From assembly GCA_035389185.1 (NCBI GenBank), contig DAOORK010000001.1:129006-193005 (forward strand): 64,000 bases of DNA, written 5' to 3'. The notes under the pieces were generated by a model. That model saw nothing but the letters and a program-made list of their open reading frames with translations, made no database searches and was not told the origin of the DNA. Made by a program: the position numbers and the translations under genes. The stretch comes from Candidatus Woesebacteria bacterium (GTDB taxonomy: Bacteria > Patescibacteriota > Microgenomatia > UBA1400 > MFAQ01). This document shows positions 8,431 to 16,121 of the stretch, piece by piece (the first letter of the stretch is position 1; each line of letters begins with the position of its first letter).

Positions 8431-8877
8431 CTATTTATCTAGTTTCCCGGAGATTTTTACTAGGTGGGCCGAGTAGACAATTTGACGAACTTCACCATCT
8501 TCACTTTCAATCTGATCAGTGTCTGCCAGCTTTTGGTACTGCTGAAGATAGTTACTGAGAGCGACCTTGAGCTCTTTGAGTTCTTGGCGCATATCTTTAA
8601 TTTTTTGATTTAAAGAGGCATTGGATGGTGATTTGAGAATGTTTGATTTGGCTTCTGCTTTTTTCTTGTTGACCTCCTTACCTTGCTCCGTGGCCTCTTT
8701 GTAGGCGGAGTCGTTGGCAAGAATATCGTTCATCATCTCGGCTTGTTTGCCAAGCTCAACTTTTACTGTCTCAATGTGTGAGATGTGGGTTTTGATGAGA
8801 TTTTCAATGTTGAAGAGACTGGAAACTTCTTCATTGGTACCTGCTGGTAATGTGGTTTGGGTGTTTTGTTCGTCCAT
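8431..8877 (-). CDS. hypothetical coiled-coil protein
   Basis: 148-aa ORF rich in K/E heptad-like sequence. Confidence 0.45.
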   Translation of the reverse strand: MDEQNTQTTLPAGTNEEVSSLFNIENLIKTHISHIETVKVELGKQAEMMNDILANDSAYKEATEQGKEVNKKKAEAKSNILKSPSNASLNQKIKDMRQELKELKVALSNYLQQYQKLADTDQIESEDGEVRQIVYSAHLVKISGKLDK

Positions 8878-8936
8878 TTTTAAAATATTATTTGTTCAGG
8901 TTTTATTCTATATACAATACCACCCGAAACACAAGA

Positions 8937-9908
8937 TCATGTTGCTTCTTGTTCGGCCCAGAATTCTAGTTCTTCTAGTTGATTTTCTTCAATAATGTTA
9001 CTTTCGATTTTTTTTACCAATAGATTTAGTTCATCATGACTAAATGAAGATTTTCTAATTTTGATTTTTTCTTCTTTAAACATTTTTTCAAAATGCTCGA
9101 TCTCGTAATCGTTTAAAGCACCATCCCCTTGTGTTTTGAAGCAACCTCGAGGATTTTGCTGATCTATGTTCATGTTTTGGGTAACTATCAGATATTGGCC
9201 AAATTTTTCCGGAGTGTTTACTTCAATGGTCATTTTATCTTGGCCTCGGCCAAAGTGTTTGAGACCATGTTGATCACAGTCATCTTTCATGTTTATATAA
9301 TCGGCAAGTCGATTGATATTTTGGTGAAAATGGGAAAACTGAGAAAGACAACGTTTGTCTAATTGTTTGCTTGATTTGGCTTCACCTACGCCGACCACTC
9401 TAAGTATTTTGCCATCTTTGTCAGTCTCTACAAATGAAATATCTGGGTTTCTGAGATGAGAAACTTCGTGATAGTCGAATCTGTCTGGATTATGAAATAG
9501 GATGGTTAATTGTTCGTCAAGTTCGGCTTCAACTTTGCCGTTTTCAACATCAGTAAAACGCTGCAGATTGTGATTGGCTTCGGTGCCATTGGTCGCTAAA
9601 TTGTAAAGATTATTTTCGATTTTCACTAGTTCCTCAAACAATGTACCCTGAATCACGAATCGATCTTCTACTTGAGAGTCCGGATACTCGACTCTATTTG
9701 CCTTAAGTTCTGCTCTCAAGATACGCGACATTTTTTTGATGTCAGGCAACTCTTTAAATATATTTTCCTGTCTTTCTCTAACACGGGCGTCTATATTCCT
9801 TACTGGTTCAATGATATCCAGGTATTGTTTGGCTCGCTTATCTTTAGCCTTTTCAATTTTTTGTTGCTGTTCTTTTGACGGCGTTGGTTGATCTTGATGC
9901 TCTTCCAT
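8937..9908 (-). CDS. hypothetical protein
   Basis: 323-aa ORF, no recognisable motifs. Confidence 0.5.
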   Translation of the reverse strand: MEEHQDQPTPSKEQQQKIEKAKDKRAKQYLDIIEPVRNIDARVRERQENIFKELPDIKKMSRILRAELKANRVEYPDSQVEDRFVIQGTLFEELVKIENNLYNLATNGTEANHNLQRFTDVENGKVEAELDEQLTILFHNPDRFDYHEVSHLRNPDISFVETDKDGKILRVVGVGEAKSSKQLDKRCLSQFSHFHQNINRLADYINMKDDCDQHGLKHFGRGQDKMTIEVNTPEKFGQYLIVTQNMNIDQQNPRGCFKTQGDGALNDYEIEHFEKMFKEEKIKIRKSSFSHDELNLLVKKIESNIIEENQLEELEFWAEQEAT

Positions 9909-9987
9909 GAGTTCACTATACAGAGGTAAAAAATGAAGAGCAATAGTTTTATGCTAGAATCGCTCAACGCACTTTTAAAGGAGGAAT

Positions 9988-10392
9988 ATGCAGCCATATT
10001 ATCTAATCGGCGTGGTAGCGTTGGTAATAATCTTGATCGCGAAGATTATTGGAGATATGCAACTACGATGGTTTATCAACGAGCATTGGCCCAAATGGTT
10101 ATCAAAGAAGACCAAGATTGAACTTTGGGAGCTTTACAATAACGATGGTGATATTGAAAATTGTAGAGTTCGAAATAAAACGATGTATTTGATAGACTAT
10201 GGAGATTTTTTTCTTGAAGGTTATCGGATACCGAGGGATTGTGGAGTGAGTAACCCTGTTGTTATCGTTGACGATTTTGATTTGCCTTTTGGATCCGAAA
10301 AGGTTATGTCAAAGAATACATTTGAGCTTAGATACAAAGCTTACAAATCGTTTAATTCCTTACGCGAGTATATAAAATACGTACGTAGTTAA
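9988..10392 (+). CDS. hypothetical membrane-anchored protein
   Basis: N-terminal TM helix (YYLIGVVALVIILIAKII); followed by a terminator. Confidence 0.45.
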   Translation: MQPYYLIGVVALVIILIAKIIGDMQLRWFINEHWPKWLSKKTKIELWELYNNDGDIENCRVRNKTMYLIDYGDFFLEGYRIPRDCGVSNPVVIVDDFDLPFGSEKVMSKNTFELRYKAYKSFNSLREYIKYVRS

Positions 10393-10397
10393 AACAA

Positions 10398-10421
10398 ATC
10401 CCCTCATGAAGGGGATTTTTT
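10398..10421 (+). terminator. rho-independent terminator
   Basis: atcccctc-atga-aggggat hairpin then T6. Confidence 0.6.
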
Positions 10422-10500
10422 GTACTCGAGTCCAAGAATTATTGTGTACCTAGAAATAAAATAACCACCTTTTGAGAGGTGGTTATATGTTCTTAGTTCG

Positions 10501-11052
10501 TTACTCGATGCCGAACAATCTCTTCGTATTCTCGAACATTTCAATGTCCGTGAAGAAAAAGAAGCCGTTGTTCAGCTCCAACCAACCGACATTGTCTTGG
10601 TGATTTCTTCTTGGGTTACCTTCAGGATTCATGTGATCTTTAAGACCACAGTATGAGTTTAGGCGAAGGTTTTTTTCGTCTTCAAGCAGAGTATCGAGAA
10701 TGGCTTTTACGCCTTTTTCATAGCTCTTTGGGCAGATGTAGTACACACCGCGATGAATTCCTGAGATGACGAGAGGCAGCATGGACATGCGATTCAAGGC
10801 TTGGTCGTGTATGAAGTTCAATGCCGCGGGAACAGCACCAAATTCAAATTCAGCTGACCCCATGTAATCAAACGAGAAGATGTCTTTTAGAAGAGCCATT
10901 GTCTCATCGTTGAGACCGCCGTTTTTCAGACCACACCCGAAAGAGAATGGATTGTTACGTTCAACAGGCTTGCTGAGGCGCTGGATCAAATAGGTACGAA
11001 CCATTCTTTCTTTCAATTCGAGCTTATCACCAAACATGAGTTTATCCTCCAA
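10501..11052 (-). CDS. hypothetical protein
   Basis: 183-aa ORF, no recognisable motifs. Confidence 0.5.
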   Translation of the reverse strand: MEDKLMFGDKLELKERMVRTYLIQRLSKPVERNNPFSFGCGLKNGGLNDETMALLKDIFSFDYMGSAEFEFGAVPAALNFIHDQALNRMSMLPLVISGIHRGVYYICPKSYEKGVKAILDTLLEDEKNLRLNSYCGLKDHMNPEGNPRRNHQDNVGWLELNNGFFFFTDIEMFENTKRLFGIE

Positions 11053-11133
11053 AAAATGGATTGATTGAATAGGTCAAAGTACGTATATATATTACTACAA
11101 GATACCACTTTTGTCAAGTTATAGGGTATTTTG

Positions 11134-11281
11134 TTGCCGAGCTAGGACTCTGTCACCGGTTGTCGCCTAAGGCGACCCCGTCGACCCCGGCGTTTACCGC
11201 ACGTTACGTGCTGCATTCCGCCATTCTCGTCCTAGTATAGTATCAAAAAATATTCTCCCATAAAGGGAGAATATTGTTTTG
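11134..11281 (-). repeat. tRNA-linked structured element (copy at tRNA-Gln) ending in a 17-nt duplicate of the tRNA-Gln 3' end
   Basis: 11134-11150 ttgccgagctaggactc is identical to 11282-11298 (tRNA-Gln 3' end, minus strand); the GC-rich interior contains GCCGGGGTCGAC, the tcgcc-tta-ggcga hairpin and GGTGACA, homologous to the element at 13710-13860. Confidence 0.6.
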
Positions 11282-11353
11282 TTGCCGAGCTAGGACTCGA
11301 ACCTAGGATATCCTCCTCCAAAGGGAGGCGTCCTACCACTAGACGACTCGGCA
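11282..11353 (-). tRNA. tRNA-Gln (anticodon TTG)
   Basis: Read from the reverse complement: U1-A72 acceptor TGCCGAG/CTCGGCA, anticodon stem CCTCC/GGAGG loop CTTTGGA, T-arm CCTAG-GTTCGAGT-CCTAG, discriminator A. Confidence 0.75.
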
Positions 11354-11381
11354 ATGCAAGCTATATTTTACCACCTGGAGG

Positions 11382-12230
11382 TTATTTCATTCTTGCCTGA
11401 TCTCTGGCTAGAGCAAAAATCATGGTATTCAGGTCTGAGTTTATTGTAGGAATAACTTGATCTAGATAGCGATCTTTTTGGAGATAGATTTCGATAGCCT
11501 CTTTTATCCCTGGTCGAAATTTTTTAAAATCAAAATCGTTGATATTTGTGAGCTTGAGATTTTTTAGCTTGTAGCTTGAAAATTGAGGATATTTTTGAGG
11601 TAGTTCAAGATGATATACCGAAACCTTAATATCTGTGAGATTGATGTTTACGAAGGGAAGAATGTGTTCCGGAATGATGCCCCAGGGAAACTTTTGGGAA
11701 ACAATTGATTTTGAAAAAACCTCGCTTTGGAGAATTCGGGCAAGAGAGTCGCGAATTGGTTCACCCACCTTTGTGTGCCCCATGGGAAGAGTGAGGTCTC
11801 CCCTTTTCCCCATTATGGAGCTTGAACCTAGGCTTTGATCACTACCGACAAGTATTGATTGAGGATCGTTTGGGGGTGTAATGATAAGAATAGCTCCTTG
11901 ACGTCTGGTTAGTCCCAGGCGAGTGAAATGAAGAATTCGATGGAGTGTATTTGTAGATACTTGTAGAGAGTGCGGTGCGTGTTGATGATAAAGTTTCTCG
12001 AGGGGAATTTTGTAGTTGGCCAGAAGGCTTATGAGATAAAGAGACTCGGAAAATTTGGAGTTTGGCCCAGCCGATTTTATGACATGGTATTTATTTAATA
12101 GCCGATCAAATCCGGAAAGCGATATTGGAAGACAGTAATGATGTTTTTGAAAAACTTTGTTGATTGATCCGAAACGGAGATACTCTTTGATAAGAAATTT
12201 TTCAAATGTAGTTTCTTTTGAGGTTGCCAT
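11382..12230 (-). CDS. hypothetical protein with a degenerate Nudix-like box
   Basis: LPMGHTKVGEPIRDSLARILQSE resembles the Nudix box GX5EX7REUXEEXGU, but REU is replaced by RIL and EE by SE. Confidence 0.45.
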   Translation of the reverse strand: MATSKETTFEKFLIKEYLRFGSINKVFQKHHYCLPISLSGFDRLLNKYHVIKSAGPNSKFSESLYLISLLANYKIPLEKLYHQHAPHSLQVSTNTLHRILHFTRLGLTRRQGAILIITPPNDPQSILVGSDQSLGSSSIMGKRGDLTLPMGHTKVGEPIRDSLARILQSEVFSKSIVSQKFPWGIIPEHILPFVNINLTDIKVSVYHLELPQKYPQFSSYKLKNLKLTNINDFDFKKFRPGIKEAIEIYLQKDRYLDQVIPTINSDLNTMIFALARDQARMK

Positions 12231-12330
12231 AATTGCGTAGGTATATTATAGATGATGAGATTAAGAGCTAGCTCGTTATCTATACTTCTATTCAAAAAAA
12301 ATCACCGCAAGGGTGATTATTTTTGAAGTG

Positions 12331-12404
12331 AGCGGGAAACGAGACTCGAACTCGCGACCTTCTCCTTGGCAAGGAGACGCTCTAGCCAACTGAGCTATTC
12401 CCGC
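12331..12404 (-). tRNA. tRNA-Gly (anticodon GCC)
   Basis: Reverse-complement fold: acceptor GCGGGAA/TTCCCGC, D-arm GCTC-AGTTGGCTA-GAGC, anticodon loop TTGCCAA, T-arm GCGAG-TTCGAGT-CTCGT, discriminator T. Confidence 0.8.
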
Positions 12405-12438
12405 AATGTTTGTATTTTAGCTTTAAGACGATTATTTT

Positions 12439-12879
12439 TCAACCTATTGTCTTATGATTTCTATTGTATGTTCTAATTCGGTGACAGTTTGCACATACTA
12501 GATCACATTTTTGTATTTCCTTCAGCAGTTTATTTTTGGTGAAATATGCCTGACTAACTAATGATCCCACATTACCATATTTTTGACTTCCGTCACGATG
12601 ATCAAAATCCATTACACAAGGAGGAAAACTTTTGCCACAGTCTGCACATGGATGATTTTTTAGAGAGTTTACGTATTCTCTTTGATTCCTCCTTCGAATC
12701 CGATTTCTAGTTATTGATAACTGAAGTTGTCTGTCGTGATTTACCTGATAGTATGCTTTTCCCCTAGTTCTCATACAATCCTTACAGTGATTGTATTGTT
12801 CACCAGCTCTACTGCCTTTATGTCGAGTGTAAAATTCCGAATTACTCTTATCTTTGTGACATTTTGAGCACAATTTCAC
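12439..12879 (-). CDS. HNH endonuclease (stand-alone, homing-endonuclease-like)
   Basis: Cys-rich zinc-ribbon N-terminus and C-terminal HNH core DFDHRDG ... CANCHR. Confidence 0.7.
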   Translation of the reverse strand: MKLCSKCHKDKSNSEFYTRHKGSRAGEQYNHCKDCMRTRGKAYYQVNHDRQLQLSITRNRIRRRNQREYVNSLKNHPCADCGKSFPPCVMDFDHRDGSQKYGNVGSLVSQAYFTKNKLLKEIQKCDLVCANCHRIRTYNRNHKTIG

Positions 12880-12925
12880 TATTCATCTTACAATTTTGTC
12901 TGAAAAACATCAATATTGTTTTTGT

Positions 12926-12997
12926 GCCGAGGGTCAGAGTTGAACTGACATCTGAAGTTTTTCAGACTCCCGCCGTGACCACCTTGGCTACCTCGGC
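12926..12997 (-). tRNA. tRNA-Phe (anticodon GAA), tentative
   Basis: Reverse-complement fold: acceptor GCCGAGG/CCTCGGC, anticodon stem GGAGT/ACTTC (one G-T pair) loop CTGAAAA, T-arm GTCAG-TTCAACT-CTGAC; D-stem only 3 bp. Confidence 0.5.
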
Positions 12998-13027
12998 AAC
13001 AGCCTTGATTATATCAAAAAGCCACTC

Positions 13028-13270
13028 TTATGTGGAGTGGCTAATCCTTTTTTGACGTAGGTAGAGTCGAACTGTCATTTCGCACTGACGAATTCCCTGT
13101 TGTTTCTTTCTCATTTTCAGACATAGATATAGTAGGTATTTTTTGTCTTTGATTTCATCTAGCTCATGAACTATACGCAACCCGATAGATTCTTGTTCTT
13201 TTTTAAGAATATCTAACTGGCGACTAGCATTTTCGTACTCGATTTTTGAAATAAGGTGTTTTGTTACCAC
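13028..13270 (-). CDS. hypothetical small protein
   Basis: 80-aa ORF with GTG start preceded by a GGAGAGGAAAGG RBS. Confidence 0.35.
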   Translation of the reverse strand: MVTKHLISKIEYENASRQLDILKKEQESIGLRIVHELDEIKDKKYLLYLCLKMRKKQQGIRQCEMTVRLYLRQKRISHST

Positions 13271-13298
13271 GCTACACCTTTCCTCTCCTGTTTGGGAA

Positions 13299-13559
13299 TT
13301 AATGAAAGTGACCGAAGCGTTTGTAGTAGTTGATCATTTTGTTTAGTTCGCGAAGACCATGTGAACCTTTGCGATTGTGACTGATTTGTTTTTGAATTGA
13401 TCGCAAATGTCCGAGGTTTATTGCATTTTCGTCACTTGATAAGACGTGTTGTTTGCGCTCATTTATCAATATTGCAAATTGTAGTTTGAGGTTGTGTTGT
13501 TTGCGCTCAAGAATAAAGAGAGCATCACAGGTCTGAATATACGTTAAATCTAGTTTCAA
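13299..13559 (-). CDS. hypothetical small protein
   Basis: 86-aa ORF with TTG start 8 nt after an AAAGGAG RBS. Confidence 0.4.
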   Translation of the reverse strand: MKLDLTYIQTCDALFILERKQHNLKLQFAILINERKQHVLSSDENAINLGHLRSIQKQISHNRKGSHGLRELNKMINYYKRFGHFH

Positions 13560-13628
13560 AGTTCAACTCCTTTCTTGGGTTGCGAGTATTTTACCATCTA
13601 AGGTAGTTATATGAGAAAATATACCTGT

Positions 13629-13709
13629 TGGGCAGGTGGCGAAATGGTAGACGCGCAGCGTTCAGGACGCTGTGAGGCAACTCATGAGGGTTCGAGTCCC
13701 TCCCCGCCC
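13629..13709 (+). tRNA. tRNA-Leu (anticodon CAG), class II
   Basis: Acceptor GGGCAGG/CCCGCCC (one A-C mismatch), D-loop AAATGGTAGA, anticodon stem CAGCG/CGCTG loop TTCAGGA, long variable arm TGAG-GCAA-CTCA, T-arm GAGGG-TTCGAGT-CCCTC. Confidence 0.7.
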
Positions 13710-13860
13710 ACATAAAAACATCAATATGTACTCTTGCAGTAAATATTGTGTTTTTGATTTTGTGGAGGACTCGAATGGCGCAGGCATGACTGATGCCGAG
13801 CCGGGGTCGACAGAATCGCCAGCAGGCGAGAACTGGTGACCGAGTCCCTCCCCGCCCACA
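13710..13860 (+). repeat. tRNA-linked structured element (copy at tRNA-Leu-CAG) ending in a 20-nt duplicate of the tRNA-Leu 3' end
   Basis: 13841-13860 cgagtccctccccgcccaca is identical to 13692-13711; interior AGGACTCGAATGGCG, hairpin ggcat-gact-gatgcc, GCCGGGGTCGAC, hairpin tcgcc-agca-ggcga, CTGGTGAC. Confidence 0.6.
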
Positions 13861-13899
13861 CGTGATTCGTGCGGTATAATATAGTCTGTTCGTTAAATT

Positions 13900-13983
13900 G
13901 CCGAGATGGCGAAATGGTAGACGCACTACCTTGAGGTGGTAGCGCCCTTTAAAGGCATGGAGGTTCAAGTCCTCTTCTCGGCA
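13900..13983 (+). tRNA. tRNA-Leu (anticodon GAG), class II
   Basis: Acceptor GCCGAGA/TCTCGGC, D-loop AAATGGTAGA, anticodon stem CTACC/GGTAG loop TTGAGGT, long variable arm, T-arm GGAGG-TTCAAGT-CCTCT, discriminator A; TATAAT-like box about 20 nt upstream. Confidence 0.75.
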
Positions 13984-13996
13984 CAAAAAACTGAAT

Positions 13997-14016
13997 ACCG
14001 GTCGTACCGGTTTTTT
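13997..14016 (+). terminator. rho-independent terminator
   Basis: accggt-cgt-accggt hairpin followed by T6. Confidence 0.6.
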
Positions 14017-14038
14017 GTTATTTGAAAGTGGCCGCTGA

Positions 14039-14112
14039 GGGATTCGAACCCCCGACTTCCTCGATGTAAACGAGGCGCTCTAACCAACTGAGCTAAGCGG
14101 CCATGTTAGGTT
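14039..14112 (-). tRNA. tRNA-Val (anticodon TAC)
   Basis: Reverse-complement fold: acceptor GGCCGCT/AGCGGCC, D-arm GCTC-AGTTGGTTA-GAGC, anticodon stem CCTCG/CGAGG loop TTTACAT, T-arm CGGGG-GTTCGAAT-CCCTC. Confidence 0.8.
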
Positions 14113-14132
14113 ATGCTTGATATTTTACCAAA

Positions 14133-15461
14133 TTATCGACCAAGAGAATCAAGGTCAGATTGACTACGGCCAATATCCATAACGGTTGGGTAATACAAAA
14201 CAAGTGCAGGCAGTTCTTCAGAAAAGGTTTTTTGGAAATCAATGTAGATTCTTTTTCTTTCTTTGTTGTCAACAGTCGTTCTTCCATCTTCGAGGAGTTT
14301 ATCTATTTTTTCATCAGCACCTCGACCAATATTGGTGGCTTGGGTCGAGTGCCAATCTCGATACTGATCCGGGTCGGATGAGATGCTGTAGGTTGTCAGG
14401 AAGAGTTGGAACTGATCGGGAGTAGAGGTAACAACTTTGGTATTTATTTTTAGGATATCTGAATCCAGATCGGTCTTTATTTTCTCGGCAATTGGCAGTA
14501 GTTCCGGAGTAGTTGCAAGTTCGAGAGTAAGTGGAGAGGTAATGAGCTCTTTGGTCCTTTCGATATTGTAAGCATAGGTTTTGACAATCGGACTGTAGGC
14601 CCAAGAATTGGGATTAATGGTGGTTAGAGCTTCAGTATAGCCAAAGGAGTCATCTTTTAGAGCGTATGCAATCCCCTGTCGGACACTTTTTTCTTTTAGA
14701 TTTGGATCAGTTTGATTGAAAGTTAAAAGAACAACTCGATTGTTGTCGGTGTATTTTTTGGTTTTGGCGTATGAAGCTAGTTCGGTTTCATAATCAGAAG
14801 GAAGTTCTAGAACAGTGTCCAGTTGACCCAGTTTGAAGGCGGTGATGGCTTGTTTGGCTGTCGAGTAAACGTTAAAAATGATTTTTTTGGTTGAGGATTC
14901 TAGAATAATTTGGGTGATAAGGCCAGAACTTTTTTGTTTGAGTCTGATGTCGTAGTCTCCAACTATGTCTCCATTTTGGTTAAGTAGAGGAATATTTAAC
15001 AAAGAGAGAAAAGGAGCATATTTGGTTGGAATATGGAACTTAATGACATTTGGATCTTGTGTTTCGACGGTAATGTTGGGAATTGAGAAGCGAATATCGG
15101 AGGCTTTTACAGCAGACCCATCGGACCACTGGAGATTGGATTTGAGATAAAAAACGTAAGTGGTATTGTCATCGAGGATTTCCCATTTTTCTGCCAAGCC
15201 AGCTACCGGTTCTAGTTTGTCATTGATGGAAATTAAGCCTGAGTTAAGATAGTCTACTACTGAGGCAGGTAGTTGTCCGGAAGAGTACTGACCAACGATA
15301 CCAACTTTGATTTCTTTTTTGGAATGAGGAACTCGACTGGAAACAATATTGAGAAGAAGGGCAAGAATAATAGTCAGAGTGAGACTGGAGATGATTTGTT
15401 TGGAATATTTTTGAACAAATCCTTTTATAAACCAAATTCTTTCTCTTAGAGCTTTGATCAT
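14133..15461 (-). CDS. extracellular solute-binding protein (ABC transporter SBP family 5-like), membrane-anchored
   Basis: N-terminal TM anchor; overall similarity to peptide/nickel-type SBPs; no cognate permease genes adjacent. Confidence 0.45.
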   Translation of the reverse strand: MIKALRERIWFIKGFVQKYSKQIISSLTLTIILALLLNIVSSRVPHSKKEIKVGIVGQYSSGQLPASVVDYLNSGLISINDKLEPVAGLAEKWEILDDNTTYVFYLKSNLQWSDGSAVKASDIRFSIPNITVETQDPNVIKFHIPTKYAPFLSLLNIPLLNQNGDIVGDYDIRLKQKSSGLITQIILESSTKKIIFNVYSTAKQAITAFKLGQLDTVLELPSDYETELASYAKTKKYTDNNRVVLLTFNQTDPNLKEKSVRQGIAYALKDDSFGYTEALTTINPNSWAYSPIVKTYAYNIERTKELITSPLTLELATTPELLPIAEKIKTDLDSDILKINTKVVTSTPDQFQLFLTTYSISSDPDQYRDWHSTQATNIGRGADEKIDKLLEDGRTTVDNKERKRIYIDFQKTFSEELPALVLYYPTVMDIGRSQSDLDSLGR

Positions 15462-15679
15462 TTCCAGAAAGCAATATTTAGAAAGGAAAATAGGACAAAA
15501 ACGACAGCAACAACGATGGTTAAAATATAAATCATCTTTTCCGGACCTCGCTTTGTATGGATACCGCTCTTTGTCGCTGATGAGAAGCTGGACCCTAGAG
15601 AGGACTCATTTGATTGGAGAGCGACCAGAATTATCATGATAAGCGAAAGGATGATTTGAATAACGAGTGTAAGTTTCAT
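15458..15679 (-). CDS. secG: preprotein translocase subunit SecG
   Basis: 73-aa two-TM protein with the SecG pattern LVALQ...LGSSF...TKRGPEK...L..V.A.VF..FS. Confidence 0.55.
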   Translation of the reverse strand: MKLTLVIQIILSLIMIILVALQSNESSLGSSFSSATKSGIHTKRGPEKMIYILTIVVAVVFVLFSFLNIAFWK

Positions 15680-15704
15680 GTTATTGATTATAGCGCCAAG
15701 ATGG

Positions 15705-16118
15705 TTAATCGGAGTCTTTTTTTATCAGCCAGACGATACTGTTGTGGAAAATATTTAAAAGACTTGAGGTAACGACGTAAGACCAAAATAAAGAGAGATG
15801 GAACGATGGAATGGTAAACCCCTGATAACTAATTCCCGGGAACCAGTAAGGAGAGATAGTGATGCCGCTGACTAATACCGGTAGCAAAAATAAGGTGATT
15901 AAACTAACGGCCCAGGAAAATAAATTGAGGGTGATTAGATTAATCGGCAGTAAAAGCAGTTTAATTATCGGCTTGACTATTTTGTTGAGAATCATCCAGA
16001 TGATTGCTGCGGTGAGGAGAGTCTTTAGGTCGTGGTAAATAGAAAAACCTGAGTAACAAGCACTAACAACATAAAATACTAGAACATTAATGAGAGTGTT
16101 CCTAAGAAGCGTTTTCAC
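15705..16118 (-). CDS. hypothetical 4-TM membrane protein (YvlD/DUF360-like, phage holin-4 superfamily?)
   Basis: 137 aa, four predicted TM helices; family assignment is only a weak recollection. Confidence 0.3.
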   Translation of the reverse strand: MKTLLRNTLINVLVFYVVSACYSGFSIYHDLKTLLTAAIIWMILNKIVKPIIKLLLLPINLITLNLFSWAVSLITLFLLPVLVSGITISPYWFPGISYQGFTIPSFHLSLFWSYVVTSSLLNIFHNSIVWLIKKDSD

Positions 16119-16121
16119 AAT

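Noticed and set aside
13591-13986. Track ORFs 13591..13986(-) and 13662..13859(-)
   Set aside because: They overlap two tRNA-Leu genes and the intervening structured element on the opposite strand. Spurious.
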